A DNA stretch of 64,000 nucleotides from an uncultured virus (IMG/VR IMGVR_UViG_3300050335_000078). Its lineage: Duplodnaviria; Heunggongvirae; Uroviricota; Caudoviricetes. The stretch lies in the IMG/VR virus record IMGVR_UViG_3300050335_000078; one strand, written 5' to 3'. The notes below the pieces were generated by a model. The model saw only the letters and a program-made list of their open reading frames with translations, made no database searches and was not told the DNA's origin. Shown piece after piece: positions 17,667-27,044 of the stretch. Both the position numbers and the translations under genes were made by a program. Each line of letters opens with the position of its first letter. The first letter of the stretch is position 1.

Positions 17667-19394
17667 TTATTCTCCCTCCTTTTCAAGAGTGATAGGTTCT
17701 GACAGGTATTCTTTAAGTACCGTGTTGATAGCATTCACATATGCCACACGATCTGCATGACCCCAGAAATGAAGCTGATTCTCTGCAGAAGGCGTGTAAT
17801 ACTTAAGAAAGACCATTTTTGTGCAGAAAGGAATATATTGACCGTTCTTATCCATTTCGACAATTACATTTCTCTTAACATCAAAAGTCGAATTATTAAG
17901 CGCAGCATTGTCACTTGAATTAAGCAGAGCCATATTTGCAATTGAGTGAAGGTATTCCGTGTTTCCTTTTACGGAGAGTAATTCCATAACTTTTTGCTGA
18001 ATGACATCGAATTCCGCTCGTTCCAGCTTTTCCTTTGACATTGCAGCTTTCATACTATAAATAAGTTCGGTTTGGTTGTCACTTACTGCCTGTACTGACG
18101 GGATATGCAGCTTAAGCCATTCCTTCCACATTTCCTGTGTTCGCATACCTTCGGATTGTTGTGCATGAATGTGCTCGAGACTCCACACAACTTTACCGCC
18201 TTTCCTGAACTTGTACTTATCGAACGGAAACCACTGGGAATGCTCACCATTCTGTCTTACCGATTCTACATTGAACAAGAGTAGCAATCGTGTGATTTTT
18301 GCCTGATCCAATGCCTTCTCGTAGCTCAATTCAGAGTAATTCCCAGAAATGAATATACTCTCTTTTATATGTGAATCAAGTAATGCCTTGAACTCCTCTT
18401 TCGTTTTATTTGCAGAAAGATCAAAAATTTTCTGCAAGGTTAATTTACCGGAGGTGGCAATCAGATAACCTATCTTATGATACAATTCATGATTTTCAAA
18501 CCAGTCTTTTAGGATTAGAAAGGTCTGTTGAATCTTTCTCCAAATATCCTCCAGCTTCTGCGACTGGCGCATTTCATCAAATTTGAAGAAGGTATAGTAT
18601 TTATCGCGATTACCTTCCGGCTTTCCAGAAATGAGATCAAGCACAAGATCGATTCGTGTTTGGTATCTCGCGCTTGCCCTGTTGATGAGAAAATACCACA
18701 GGGCATCATGATGTAGTTCCTTCTCAATGTTGTCCCACTGAAGAGAAATTTCCTCTTGTTTTTCCTTGTCCATATTCTTATCGGAGCCTTTGCTTAGGAA
18801 CATTGCTTTTACAAGTTCAGCACTTGTAAGGGGTATCTTTCCGATATTCAAGCGTGTAAACAAGCTAATTGCGTCCTCTGAGGGACCAACCTCATACCAA
18901 ATGATTTTAACATTCTCATCGAAATATTTATTAACATTGGTAATTGTTGAGGTCAGCTTTGTCCCTTTGGATTCAAACCAGGTTTTTATGCTTTCGTAAG
19001 CGGTGCAAATAAACCAGAAATCAATGTATTCCTCCTTACGAGATTCATCAATCGACTTAAGAAACTCTTCGGATTTATCCCTTATGTCATAGGAAAGTGT
19101 GAACCGCGGTTCGGTTATAAAGCCATTGCTTGCCTGGTTCATGTAGCGATAAATAAGATAGATTGTGGTCAACCGTTGCTGGCCATCGATAATCTCAAAC
19201 TTTTCGCCATTTTTTCTAACTACAACCGGCTGAAGGCAATAGTTTCTTTTACCATCGGTTGTATAAATATCGTCAAGAAGACGAACCACTTCTGCCTTTC
19301 CCCAGCGGTATCCACGCTGATATGAAGGAACTGAAAAGTGCCCCTCTATATCACCAACAAGTTTCGTGTCGAGTATTATTTCCGCATTGCCCAT
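17667..19394 (-). CDS. GmrSD-like DUF262 + DUF1524 (HNH) protein
   Basis: YQRGYRW, DGQQRLTT, LNIGKIPL, SLEHIHAQ...HSIANMALL. Confidence 0.9.
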   Translation of the reverse strand: MGNAEIILDTKLVGDIEGHFSVPSYQRGYRWGKAEVVRLLDDIYTTDGKRNYCLQPVVVRKNGEKFEIIDGQQRLTTIYLIYRYMNQASNGFITEPRFTLSYDIRDKSEEFLKSIDESRKEEYIDFWFICTAYESIKTWFESKGTKLTSTITNVNKYFDENVKIIWYEVGPSEDAISLFTRLNIGKIPLTSAELVKAMFLSKGSDKNMDKEKQEEISLQWDNIEKELHHDALWYFLINRASARYQTRIDLVLDLISGKPEGNRDKYYTFFKFDEMRQSQKLEDIWRKIQQTFLILKDWFENHELYHKIGYLIATSGKLTLQKIFDLSANKTKEEFKALLDSHIKESIFISGNYSELSYEKALDQAKITRLLLLFNVESVRQNGEHSQWFPFDKYKFRKGGKVVWSLEHIHAQQSEGMRTQEMWKEWLKLHIPSVQAVSDNQTELIYSMKAAMSKEKLERAEFDVIQQKVMELLSVKGNTEYLHSIANMALLNSSDNAALNNSTFDVKRNVIVEMDKNGQYIPFCTKMVFLKYYTPSAENQLHFWGHADRVAYVNAINTVLKEYLSEPITLEKEGE

Positions 19395-19631
19395 TATTTC
19401 ACCTCATATTTTGACACCGATTGGTCTTTAATAAAGTCATTTAGGTCATCCGTGTATATTTCCTTCCCAAGAGAGGTATCGCCCATTGTCATCACTTTTC
19501 AGAGTTTTAAAGAATGAGTTCGCTTTTTCTATAAGCATATGAACATTTAAATTTGACTTTTTCGTTTTAGATGAACAAGCGGGTTTATTGTTAATATTCA
19601 CATTTTTTACCTCTGCATAGTGTTAACTGTC

Positions 19632-20087
19632 TTAAGAATAGAAGGTTGGAAATAAAGTTAACAACCTATCTCTATATTTGGCTTCAATTAAACTTGCGCA
19701 ACTTTCTGGATTTTTCTTAATATCACTTTCCCAAAACCTTAATACACACCACCCTTCGGCTTCAAGCTTCTGTGAATTCTCCGCATCCCTCTTGATATTA
19801 CTGCGTATCTTATTTTGCCAATATTCTGAATATTGAGCAAGCTCATCTTCAAGTGAAGAAATCCCTCGGATAGCCCAATTATGGCCATGCCAGAAATCGC
19901 CGTCACAAAACACGACGATTTTAGCTCTTGTGAAAACAATATCAGGCCTTCCCAGAATTTTGGTGTAATTAACCCGAAAGCGTAGCCCTCGGCGCCAAAG
20001 AGCTTTACGAAGCAAAAGCTCGGGTTTTGTGTTTCGAGGTTTTATTGCCGACATGATCCTATATGTTATTTCCGGTGTTCTTGCCAT
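19632..20087 (-). CDS. vsr: Very short patch repair endonuclease
   Basis: MSAIKPRNTKPE, GRPDI, DGDFWHGH, LRFWE. Confidence 0.93.
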   Translation of the reverse strand: MARTPEITYRIMSAIKPRNTKPELLLRKALWRRGLRFRVNYTKILGRPDIVFTRAKIVVFCDGDFWHGHNWAIRGISSLEDELAQYSEYWQNKIRSNIKRDAENSQKLEAEGWCVLRFWESDIKKNPESCASLIEAKYRDRLLTLFPTFYS

Positions 20088-20107
20088 GGTATCAACCCTA
20101 TCAAAAT

Positions 20108-20680
20108 CTATGCCGAACAGAAGCACACCTTCACACCGACCGACGCGAGGGCGTTGGTAATCTGAGTTTTATCGCCTTCTGTAATGTCATCGTTGATGAC
20201 TGCGAGTTGTAAGCAAATGGACGGATACCTGCCATCAGCCCTAACCCCTGGCGTACGGGCGATATATTCAAGAGCTTTTCGAAGCGCTGTTTCCCACTTC
20301 AAAACGGTTCCTCTACCAATGACAAATATACTCTCATTTGAGGCGCGGCATACAACAATATCCCCTTGTTCAAGTATAAAGGCTTGTTCCACGCCGAAAG
20401 TGTGGCAGATAATCTGTATCGGATCATATGAATGTAGTATTTGCCTGGTTTTCTGTTTGGTATATGCGTTCAGAATTCCGTCCTTGATATAAGTCCTAAC
20501 CTTACCACCTTGAATATACTCTTTAATTACACCACCAATCTCAGGATCGTCAACTAGATCGTCCATGAAGCGCCCATTCTCGATACGCCCCTGCGTGGCG
20601 TAACCGTGCTCGTCAGCCTTTTTGAAAACAGATTGCTGAATACGCGCCGCAACATCTCTTGGTAACGCTTTAGCCATCAA
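20108..20680 (-). CDS. Hypothetical protein (fourth gene of dcm-ATPase-helicase operon)
   Basis: 190-aa ORF translationally coupled to helicase. Confidence 0.75.
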   Translation of the reverse strand: MMAKALPRDVAARIQQSVFKKADEHGYATQGRIENGRFMDDLVDDPEIGGVIKEYIQGGKVRTYIKDGILNAYTKQKTRQILHSYDPIQIICHTFGVEQAFILEQGDIVVCRASNESIFVIGRGTVLKWETALRKALEYIARTPGVRADGRYPSICLQLAVINDDITEGDKTQITNALASVGVKVCFCSA

Positions 20681-22338
20681 AAACCCTCCGGAAAAGTCAG
20701 CTTAACCTCGTCATCAGAACCGCTGAGGTCAGCTACATCCTCAATCCAAACGTTCACAAACCGTTCTACCTTGGCATCGGAGAAGGTGACAAACCCTTGC
20801 TCTAAAAAAAGTACTTCCTTTTCACGACCTTTCGCTTTACCCTCATTATTCATCTCAACCATCTCAGCCATCCGTCGAATGTCAGAAACAAAATCCAGCA
20901 CGATAACCTTTTCCTTGCCTTCGGAAAGCCGTAACCCGCGTCCCAACTGTTGTACAAATATCCGTCTTGAGTGGGTAGCTCTAAGGAAAACAAGGATATT
21001 CACATCAGGTATATCAATGCCCTCGTTCATCACATCGACCGCCGTAACCGCATTATAGTTACCTGCGGAGAAGCCTAGAAGCCGTTTTCGGCGTTCAGCT
21101 TTATCTGATGTAGACAGTGCAGCGGTCGGTATGCCAGCAGCCGACAACATTGCGGCAAAGCGATTACTGTGTTCAATTGATGGCGAAAATATCGCAATTC
21201 TTGGGTTAGGAACAGTCTTCACGACATTTTGGATTTCCGTGATAACAGCCTCGTCGCGCTGGGGCAGGAAAAGGCGTTTGTTTAAATCCTTGATGGAGAG
21301 TTTCCTTTTACTGATACTTGGCATGCCGTCCCAGTCTACGTTATCGCAGAGAATACGATAGTCCACCTTAGACAAATATCCCATCGCCATACCATCAACC
21401 AGAGATACCTTAGCTAGCGGTTCACCGAAGACAGTGTTGAGATTTTGCCCGTCCCCGCGCCAAGGTGTGGCAGTCATCCCGATTAAGAACCTTGGCTTAA
21501 GGTGCTCAAGACAAGCTCTGAAACCATAAGCCATCGCGTGGTGTGCCTCGTCGACGATAACTACGTCGAATCGGTTCTCCTCTATACCGGGCAGATAACC
21601 ATAAAGGCTCTGATACAAACCGAAAGACACACCCTCGGTATCCCTTGGCGGTATCCCGTCAAAAAAGACAGAGGTTGGGACCTCCTTCGTGAGTTGTGGC
21701 CAAAACCCCTGTTCCAACTGCTGTGCCAAGTCAGTCTGATGACAGAGAACAAGAATTCGACGGCACCCGCGCTCCCATAATTGCCTGGTGATTGTCGCGG
21801 CGATCACCGTTTTTCCTAACCCTGTCGCGACAATGTAAAACGCTTTTTTGCCACCCTTGTCGAAGGCCTCAACCACCTTATTGACGATGCCGTCCTGATA
21901 GGGGCGAAGCTCTCTGAGAGCGACGCTGTCGGCAGGCATCTTTTCAATAAGACTCTTGATGAAAGCTCCATTCCAGAGCTTCAATGTATAGCCATTATTC
22001 TCGAGCTGTTTCTGCCTAGCCTTAGCGGTCTGGGTGAACTCGCCGTTAGTGGCGACAGCCGCGATATCCGTACCATAAAAGGACAAAGCGTTCACAGCCT
22101 CCTGCATTGCATTAGGGCCGATATATCTGTCACCCGACACGGCTTTGGACTGAACGACCCAAGAACGTGTTTTGTCACTCTCCGCACGCGTCGCCAAAAT
22201 ATCGGCACCCATATCGCCGGAGCCGTCAATGACGGCGGTGTCTTTCCACCCGATATGCGACATCATCCTCGCCACGGTACGCACAAGACCTTTCCAGTTG
22301 TTTCCCTCAGAAATGTCCGGCGTATAAAAGCTCATCAC
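20677..22338 (-). CDS. Mrr-like nuclease fused to SF2 (DEAH) helicase
   Basis: N-terminal GDMGADI...VVQSK; ATGLGKT, DEAHH, TATP, QQLGRGLR. Confidence 0.88.
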   Translation of the reverse strand: MMSFYTPDISEGNNWKGLVRTVARMMSHIGWKDTAVIDGSGDMGADILATRAESDKTRSWVVQSKAVSGDRYIGPNAMQEAVNALSFYGTDIAAVATNGEFTQTAKARQKQLENNGYTLKLWNGAFIKSLIEKMPADSVALRELRPYQDGIVNKVVEAFDKGGKKAFYIVATGLGKTVIAATITRQLWERGCRRILVLCHQTDLAQQLEQGFWPQLTKEVPTSVFFDGIPPRDTEGVSFGLYQSLYGYLPGIEENRFDVVIVDEAHHAMAYGFRACLEHLKPRFLIGMTATPWRGDGQNLNTVFGEPLAKVSLVDGMAMGYLSKVDYRILCDNVDWDGMPSISKRKLSIKDLNKRLFLPQRDEAVITEIQNVVKTVPNPRIAIFSPSIEHSNRFAAMLSAAGIPTAALSTSDKAERRKRLLGFSAGNYNAVTAVDVMNEGIDIPDVNILVFLRATHSRRIFVQQLGRGLRLSEGKEKVIVLDFVSDIRRMAEMVEMNNEGKAKGREKEVLFLEQGFVTFSDAKVERFVNVWIEDVADLSGSDDEVKLTFPEGF

Positions 22339-24719
22339 ACCAACTCCCCTAATAGAAAGTCTATACTCAGTGAGGCACGCGACAGTTCGTTTTTCAGGTC
22401 ACGCTGTCCGAAACTTGTGTTTGTCATCACCCGCAGTGTGTCTTTCAAAAACGACATTACACGCTCCTTGGACTCGTTACGGCTACGCTCCGTAGCCTTG
22501 TCGTCCGAAAAGCTGATACTCATATATGGAGCAGTTACCACTTTCCCGTCAAAAACCAACTCGGGGAACCTATCAACTAGACGCAACAGCGCTTTTTCGG
22601 GCACGTATTCCAGCGCATCATACCCGCTCTCCTCACACGCCTGAAAATACTGAATCAGCGTCGGGTTGGCAAACATCCGACCAACCGTTTCTTCCACGTC
22701 ACCTGTAGCTTCGTGAACACATCGGAGAACGTCAACGGCACGGGGCCGCAAAGCCTCGATCATCTTTTCCCGAAGCGTGGTAAACGCCCTTGTCGCTCTA
22801 TCCTGTAACGACTGCCTATCAATTTTCGCTTCCGGCATCGAGTTCTGCACGAGCGTTGAGAACACCTCAACCACATCGGTAAGGCGATCCCTCACTTTTA
22901 ACTTTTCCGCCAGATATTGGAGCAACAGCTCTTTGGGCGTGATTGGGTACTGTGCCAGTACGGGATGCGTCGGGTCATACACGAAACTGCAATCAGGTCC
23001 TTCCGAGAAGAAGAAACAGGGCTTCCGTTCTCCTCTCTCAAGGATAGCCCCCGAATTAAGCTCATACGCACGAACATTGAGCGGGGATACGCCGAAGCTA
23101 TATCTACCTGTGAGCTGAACGACCGGGTTTGAGCGCAGAATCAACTCATCCAGCGTGGATGTAACAGCGGCTGGTTGCGGTGTCGGTTGTGTCGGGTGTG
23201 AAGGCGACGTGGTTGTAGCTGAAGGTGGTATCGTCTCGGTGGCTCCGCTCCCCGTCGTGGCCCCCCCAAGATAAGAGCCTAGGTCATCGGAAGGCGCCTC
23301 GCCTGGGTTGACAGTGGTTGTTAATCTTGACCCGCCGGTGCTCCTCTTCTGATCTTCTTCTTGGGCGGCTTTCCACCACAGACTATCGTCGATGTACTCA
23401 CGCTTGCCGCTCTTGAATTGCGCGGCGAATTGTTTGGCAATATCGTTTGGGGCAAATAGGCACTTCGTGCCTGGATCGGTACGAGAATAGGCGGTTGCTA
23501 AAATACCCAGAGGAGAGGTTGGGGCTTCGGGTAAACCTAGCGCTTTCCGTGCCTGCGCACGGAAGGGACCGACCCCACAAATCGCCTCAACCGTCTGATA
23601 CCATGACGTATCTGTCCTGTCGAAGTCGTTTTTCTGATATGTTGGGAGAAGATAATCGACGTGCAGTTCGCCGACGATTCGACCGCCGACGGTGGTACCA
23701 AGATCAAGCGGGTACTGAATATCTTTCTGGCCGGTTATGGGGCTTTCGTACCAGAAGAGGGACTTGTCCGAGATTAAAATTTTACGACCATTACGTATGA
23801 AATCAATTCCATAATCGTTTGGGTCGGCGTAACGCTGAATACCGAGCCACCCCGTAAGACGCTTGCTCCGCTCGACAATGTTTTCCGGTAGCGCCTCTCC
23901 TCTCGATTGCGCGGCGTAGTACGGCTCCGCCTCATCGTCGGTTAGGTAGCGATTCCGCTCGGTGTCGAACAGGGGATGTCCTAGTTCGCGATCAATCATT
24001 ATTCTTGCGGGTACATTCGTCTGCCTATGAACCACATAGCGGGCATCCGACCAGACGCAGTGGTTGCGTGGCGATAATTGTCGCCCTTTAACTAGAATAA
24101 CAATGTCCTTAGTGGTCAAAAGCGGGGTATATATAGACTCGAGCTGCTTTCTAATATCAGCCTCTTTCGCGCTCATGGTATCGGCGATACCTGCCTTTAG
24201 CCGGGAAACTATGATTTTTGTGCCTGACTCATCGGGGTTTTCTTTAGGGCGAGTCCTCACAGGCGCGAGAAAACGTTTTGCCTTGATTAGCTCAGAAAAG
24301 TCGATTGTCAGCTCGACCCAATCAGTATCACCAGCCCGTGTCGAGCGTACCGTTGTAACCTCCCCAAGGCGCGCGGTGGCGATGTTAAAGCCCATACCAA
24401 AAAGCCCAAGGTTGTTGATGGGGTCATTGCTAGTATACCCGGCAGTTACAGCGTTTTGTAGTTGTTCAAGGCTCATTCCGCGGGCGTTGTCGGACACCTC
24501 AATCGTGCGATCTGCTGCACCGACCGAATCGTTTGACCAGTTAACTACTATTTTTTGTTCTTTTCCTTCAGCTACATCTGCTTCATTCGCAAGAAAAGCG
24601 TCAATGGAGTTATCGATCAATTCCGCGAGGCACTGCCAAGGTTGAAATGGTATATCTCCTAGCGTTCTTAGAATTCTAGGTTTCGGAGTTATATCAACAG
24701 GGGTAATATAATCATCCAT
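22335..24719 (-). CDS. GHKL (HSP90/MORC-like) ATPase
   Basis: ELIDNSID, DNARGM, GLFGMGF motifs; Pro/Thr-rich linker before C-terminal domain. Confidence 0.85.
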   Translation of the reverse strand: MDDYITPVDITPKPRILRTLGDIPFQPWQCLAELIDNSIDAFLANEADVAEGKEQKIVVNWSNDSVGAADRTIEVSDNARGMSLEQLQNAVTAGYTSNDPINNLGLFGMGFNIATARLGEVTTVRSTRAGDTDWVELTIDFSELIKAKRFLAPVRTRPKENPDESGTKIIVSRLKAGIADTMSAKEADIRKQLESIYTPLLTTKDIVILVKGRQLSPRNHCVWSDARYVVHRQTNVPARIMIDRELGHPLFDTERNRYLTDDEAEPYYAAQSRGEALPENIVERSKRLTGWLGIQRYADPNDYGIDFIRNGRKILISDKSLFWYESPITGQKDIQYPLDLGTTVGGRIVGELHVDYLLPTYQKNDFDRTDTSWYQTVEAICGVGPFRAQARKALGLPEAPTSPLGILATAYSRTDPGTKCLFAPNDIAKQFAAQFKSGKREYIDDSLWWKAAQEEDQKRSTGGSRLTTTVNPGEAPSDDLGSYLGGATTGSGATETIPPSATTTSPSHPTQPTPQPAAVTSTLDELILRSNPVVQLTGRYSFGVSPLNVRAYELNSGAILERGERKPCFFFSEGPDCSFVYDPTHPVLAQYPITPKELLLQYLAEKLKVRDRLTDVVEVFSTLVQNSMPEAKIDRQSLQDRATRAFTTLREKMIEALRPRAVDVLRCVHEATGDVEETVGRMFANPTLIQYFQACEESGYDALEYVPEKALLRLVDRFPELVFDGKVVTAPYMSISFSDDKATERSRNESKERVMSFLKDTLRVMTNTSFGQRDLKNELSRASLSIDFLLGELV

Positions 24720-24720
24720 T

Positions 24721-25695
24721 TTATTGTACCTCTTCTTCCATAGTATTCAAATATTCCGCTATGGAGGATGCCACACGATAAGCAAGAATTGGCGGAACTG
24801 CGTTACCAATCTGAGATATGCTAGATGTTGGAGCATGAGTGAACACAAAATCGTCAGGAAAAGTTTGAATGCGGGCGCATTCTCTTACTGTCAACCTACG
24901 ATTGAGGGTATAGTGAAACTGTACTCTGGATTTCGGGTTTGCCCTAATTGTATATGCGGGCTTATCTTTGTGATTGTTTTCATCACCTTGTCCGTTACCC
25001 TTTTTTGCTCGAGATGCACCGAAATATTGACTTTGATTTGGTACACTTTCATCCGTTACGTCTACCAAATCGCCGATCGCCCACTCTATGCTTCTGTGGG
25101 CGTGAACGAATTCGGCTTTTGGCTTAACTGGGAACCCATCTAAATCATTCCGCACACAAATAAAAAACAGCCTTGTTCTTCTTTGCGGTATTCCATAATC
25201 CGGTGCAAAAAGTTTCCACACCTCAACCTTATAGCCAGCATCTTCAAAATCATTAACGATAATCTTCAATACTTCGCCTTTTTCCATTCGCTCAAGGTTA
25301 ATAACATTTTCGCCAATGGCTACTTTAGGCTTATGCGCTTTCATATAATTTACTAATGTTTTATAGAGTCTCCCTCTCTCAGAATCAAGTCCACCCAAAG
25401 GCCCACATGAGGAAAATTCCTGACATGGGAATCCGCCGATCAAAACAGTGGCGGGCTTGATTTCCGAGGCATCTTTAGTTGACAAATCAATACACTTAGC
25501 ATGCTCTCCAAAATATCGGTTGTAAGTATCGATGCATGGAGCGCTATTATCAAAAGCTTCTATAATATCAAAGGGTAGTTTCTTATAATGTTCACCGTGA
25601 TACTGAAAATCACCGCGGAAGCCCAAATCCAGACCTCCACAACCGCAGAAGTATGATACTACGGAGTATGGGGAAAAGTTTTTGTTCGCAGCCAT
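24721..25695 (-). CDS. DNA (cytosine-5) methyltransferase
   Basis: FCGCGG, GGFPCQEFS, ENV, QRRTR, QIGNAVPP; GGAGG SD before ATG 25695. Confidence 0.93.
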   Translation of the reverse strand: MAANKNFSPYSVVSYFCGCGGLDLGFRGDFQYHGEHYKKLPFDIIEAFDNSAPCIDTYNRYFGEHAKCIDLSTKDASEIKPATVLIGGFPCQEFSSCGPLGGLDSERGRLYKTLVNYMKAHKPKVAIGENVINLERMEKGEVLKIIVNDFEDAGYKVEVWKLFAPDYGIPQRRTRLFFICVRNDLDGFPVKPKAEFVHAHRSIEWAIGDLVDVTDESVPNQSQYFGASRAKKGNGQGDENNHKDKPAYTIRANPKSRVQFHYTLNRRLTVRECARIQTFPDDFVFTHAPTSSISQIGNAVPPILAYRVASSIAEYLNTMEEEVQ

Positions 25696-25870
25696 ACAGT
25701 ATACCTCCAATAAGTTATGAAATAATAATTTCAGCTAACAATGATGAGCTCATTAAACTGATATATAAACAGACTGAATCATGTTAATAACAAGCTGATA
25801 GATATAACCCCATATTTAGTATATTTTATCATTTGCAAAACGCATTGTAAACGAAATATTGTATATACTT

Positions 25871-26380
25871 TTATCGCTTTAAAAACCCACTATTCGGCGT
25901 TTCCGGCAGATTAATCTTATACCCCCGTTGCATCATCCCGTAAAGCTTGAATGTAACAAGCTGCGGGTTGAAACCTACGGTACTGCATAAACCAAAGTAA
26001 TCCATGTTTTCTGCGATACATTCCTCGACTTCCTTATCTGTGATCAAAAGTTCTGAGGCAAATACATTAGCCTGCTGCTCTGTCCTGGAAGTCATATCGT
26101 AAAGCATGAAATCTTTTAAAGGGGATACTTTTGCAAGATGCTGATGTAACCGGTCATGGCCGAGTTCATGGGCAGCCACCATCAGCTGGTCGCGGCCGTT
26201 AAGATCGGCGTTAATTACAATATAACGCTGATGATGGGTCATGTAATAGTAGCCTTTTAGATTGCCAAGCCCGCAACGAAACCAAAGATTAATCTTTAAG
26301 TCCTTGATGAGATCTAAGGGGTTTAATGTACAGAACCTACGTGTAAGTTTTTGTATTTCTTCTATGATACTATTGTGCAA
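25871..26380 (-). CDS. ImmA/IrrE-family metallopeptidase (anti-repressor)
   Basis: AHELGH zinc motif, EQQANVFASELL; start uncertain (TTG 26380 chosen from SD spacing). Confidence 0.88.
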   Translation of the reverse strand: MHNSIIEEIQKLTRRFCTLNPLDLIKDLKINLWFRCGLGNLKGYYYMTHHQRYIVINADLNGRDQLMVAAHELGHDRLHQHLAKVSPLKDFMLYDMTSRTEQQANVFASELLITDKEVEECIAENMDYFGLCSTVGFNPQLVTFKLYGMMQRGYKINLPETPNSGFLKR

Positions 26381-26453
26381 ATGGTCCACCCCCTTAAGCA
26401 CAAAATAACGCCATTAAAATAATATCATGCTAGCTGTCCAAAAAGCGGGCCAG

Positions 26454-26891
26454 TTATTTATTATCTTCGCGGTATTTATTAGGAGTGTACTTTTTCGCTT
26501 TAGCCTTGGCGTCAAAATATATCTCGGTCATCGTCTTAAAAAAAGCTTCCTTGTCATCTTCGCTAAGGTCGCCGCCCGCAAACAAAGCGGACGTCTGATC
26601 GAGTATCAGCCTCGCCTGAGCCTTACCGCGATTGCCATACTGCTCACCGGCCTGTTCCAGAAACGCTTCCTGCTCCTGTATCTGCTTCAGTTCGTCGTCC
26701 GTCATGAAATAGTCGGTACTCACATTCAGAGCCTTAGCAAGGGCAATGATCGTTCCGGCGTTCTTGGGCTTACGCTTGTTCGTTTCATACAGCGCAATAG
26801 TACGTCTGCTGACGCTTATCTTATCCGCAAGCGCCTCCTGGGTCATTTCAGCTGCTTGCCGCGCTGCTTTTATCTTATCTCCGAACTGCAT
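26454..26891 (-). CDS. XRE-family repressor (ImmR-like)
   Basis: MTQEALADKISVSRRTIALYE HTH; upstream of ImmA. Confidence 0.9.
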   Translation of the reverse strand: MQFGDKIKAARQAAEMTQEALADKISVSRRTIALYETNKRKPKNAGTIIALAKALNVSTDYFMTDDELKQIQEQEAFLEQAGEQYGNRGKAQARLILDQTSALFAGGDLSEDDKEAFFKTMTEIYFDAKAKAKKYTPNKYREDNK

Positions 26892-26935
26892 TGGCGACCT
26901 CCTTTGGCAATTGCACTATTGGTTAGCATTGGTTA

Positions 26936-26964
26936 TTGACACGAGAACTTTTGTTCGCTATAAT
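26936..26964 (+). promoter_or_regulatory. Consensus sigma-A promoter with LexA (SOS) box in the spacer
   Basis: TTGACA-N17-TATAAT; AGAAC-TTTT-GTTCG at 26944-26957. Confidence 0.88.
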
Positions 26965-27000
26965 CGGAATCACTCAATGGATACATTGGTTCACATTCAA

Positions 27001-27029
27001 ATAATACACGATACCAAATGTATTGTCAA
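27001..27029 (-). promoter_or_regulatory. Sigma-A promoter for repressor/ImmA operon
   Basis: TTGACA-N17-TATTAT on minus strand. Confidence 0.7.
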
Positions 27030-27044
27030 CAAGCAGGTAATGAA

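Noticed and set aside
19632..25695. DISARM class II or BREX call
   Set aside because: No recognisable DrmB (DUF1998), PLD DrmC, PglZ or BrxC
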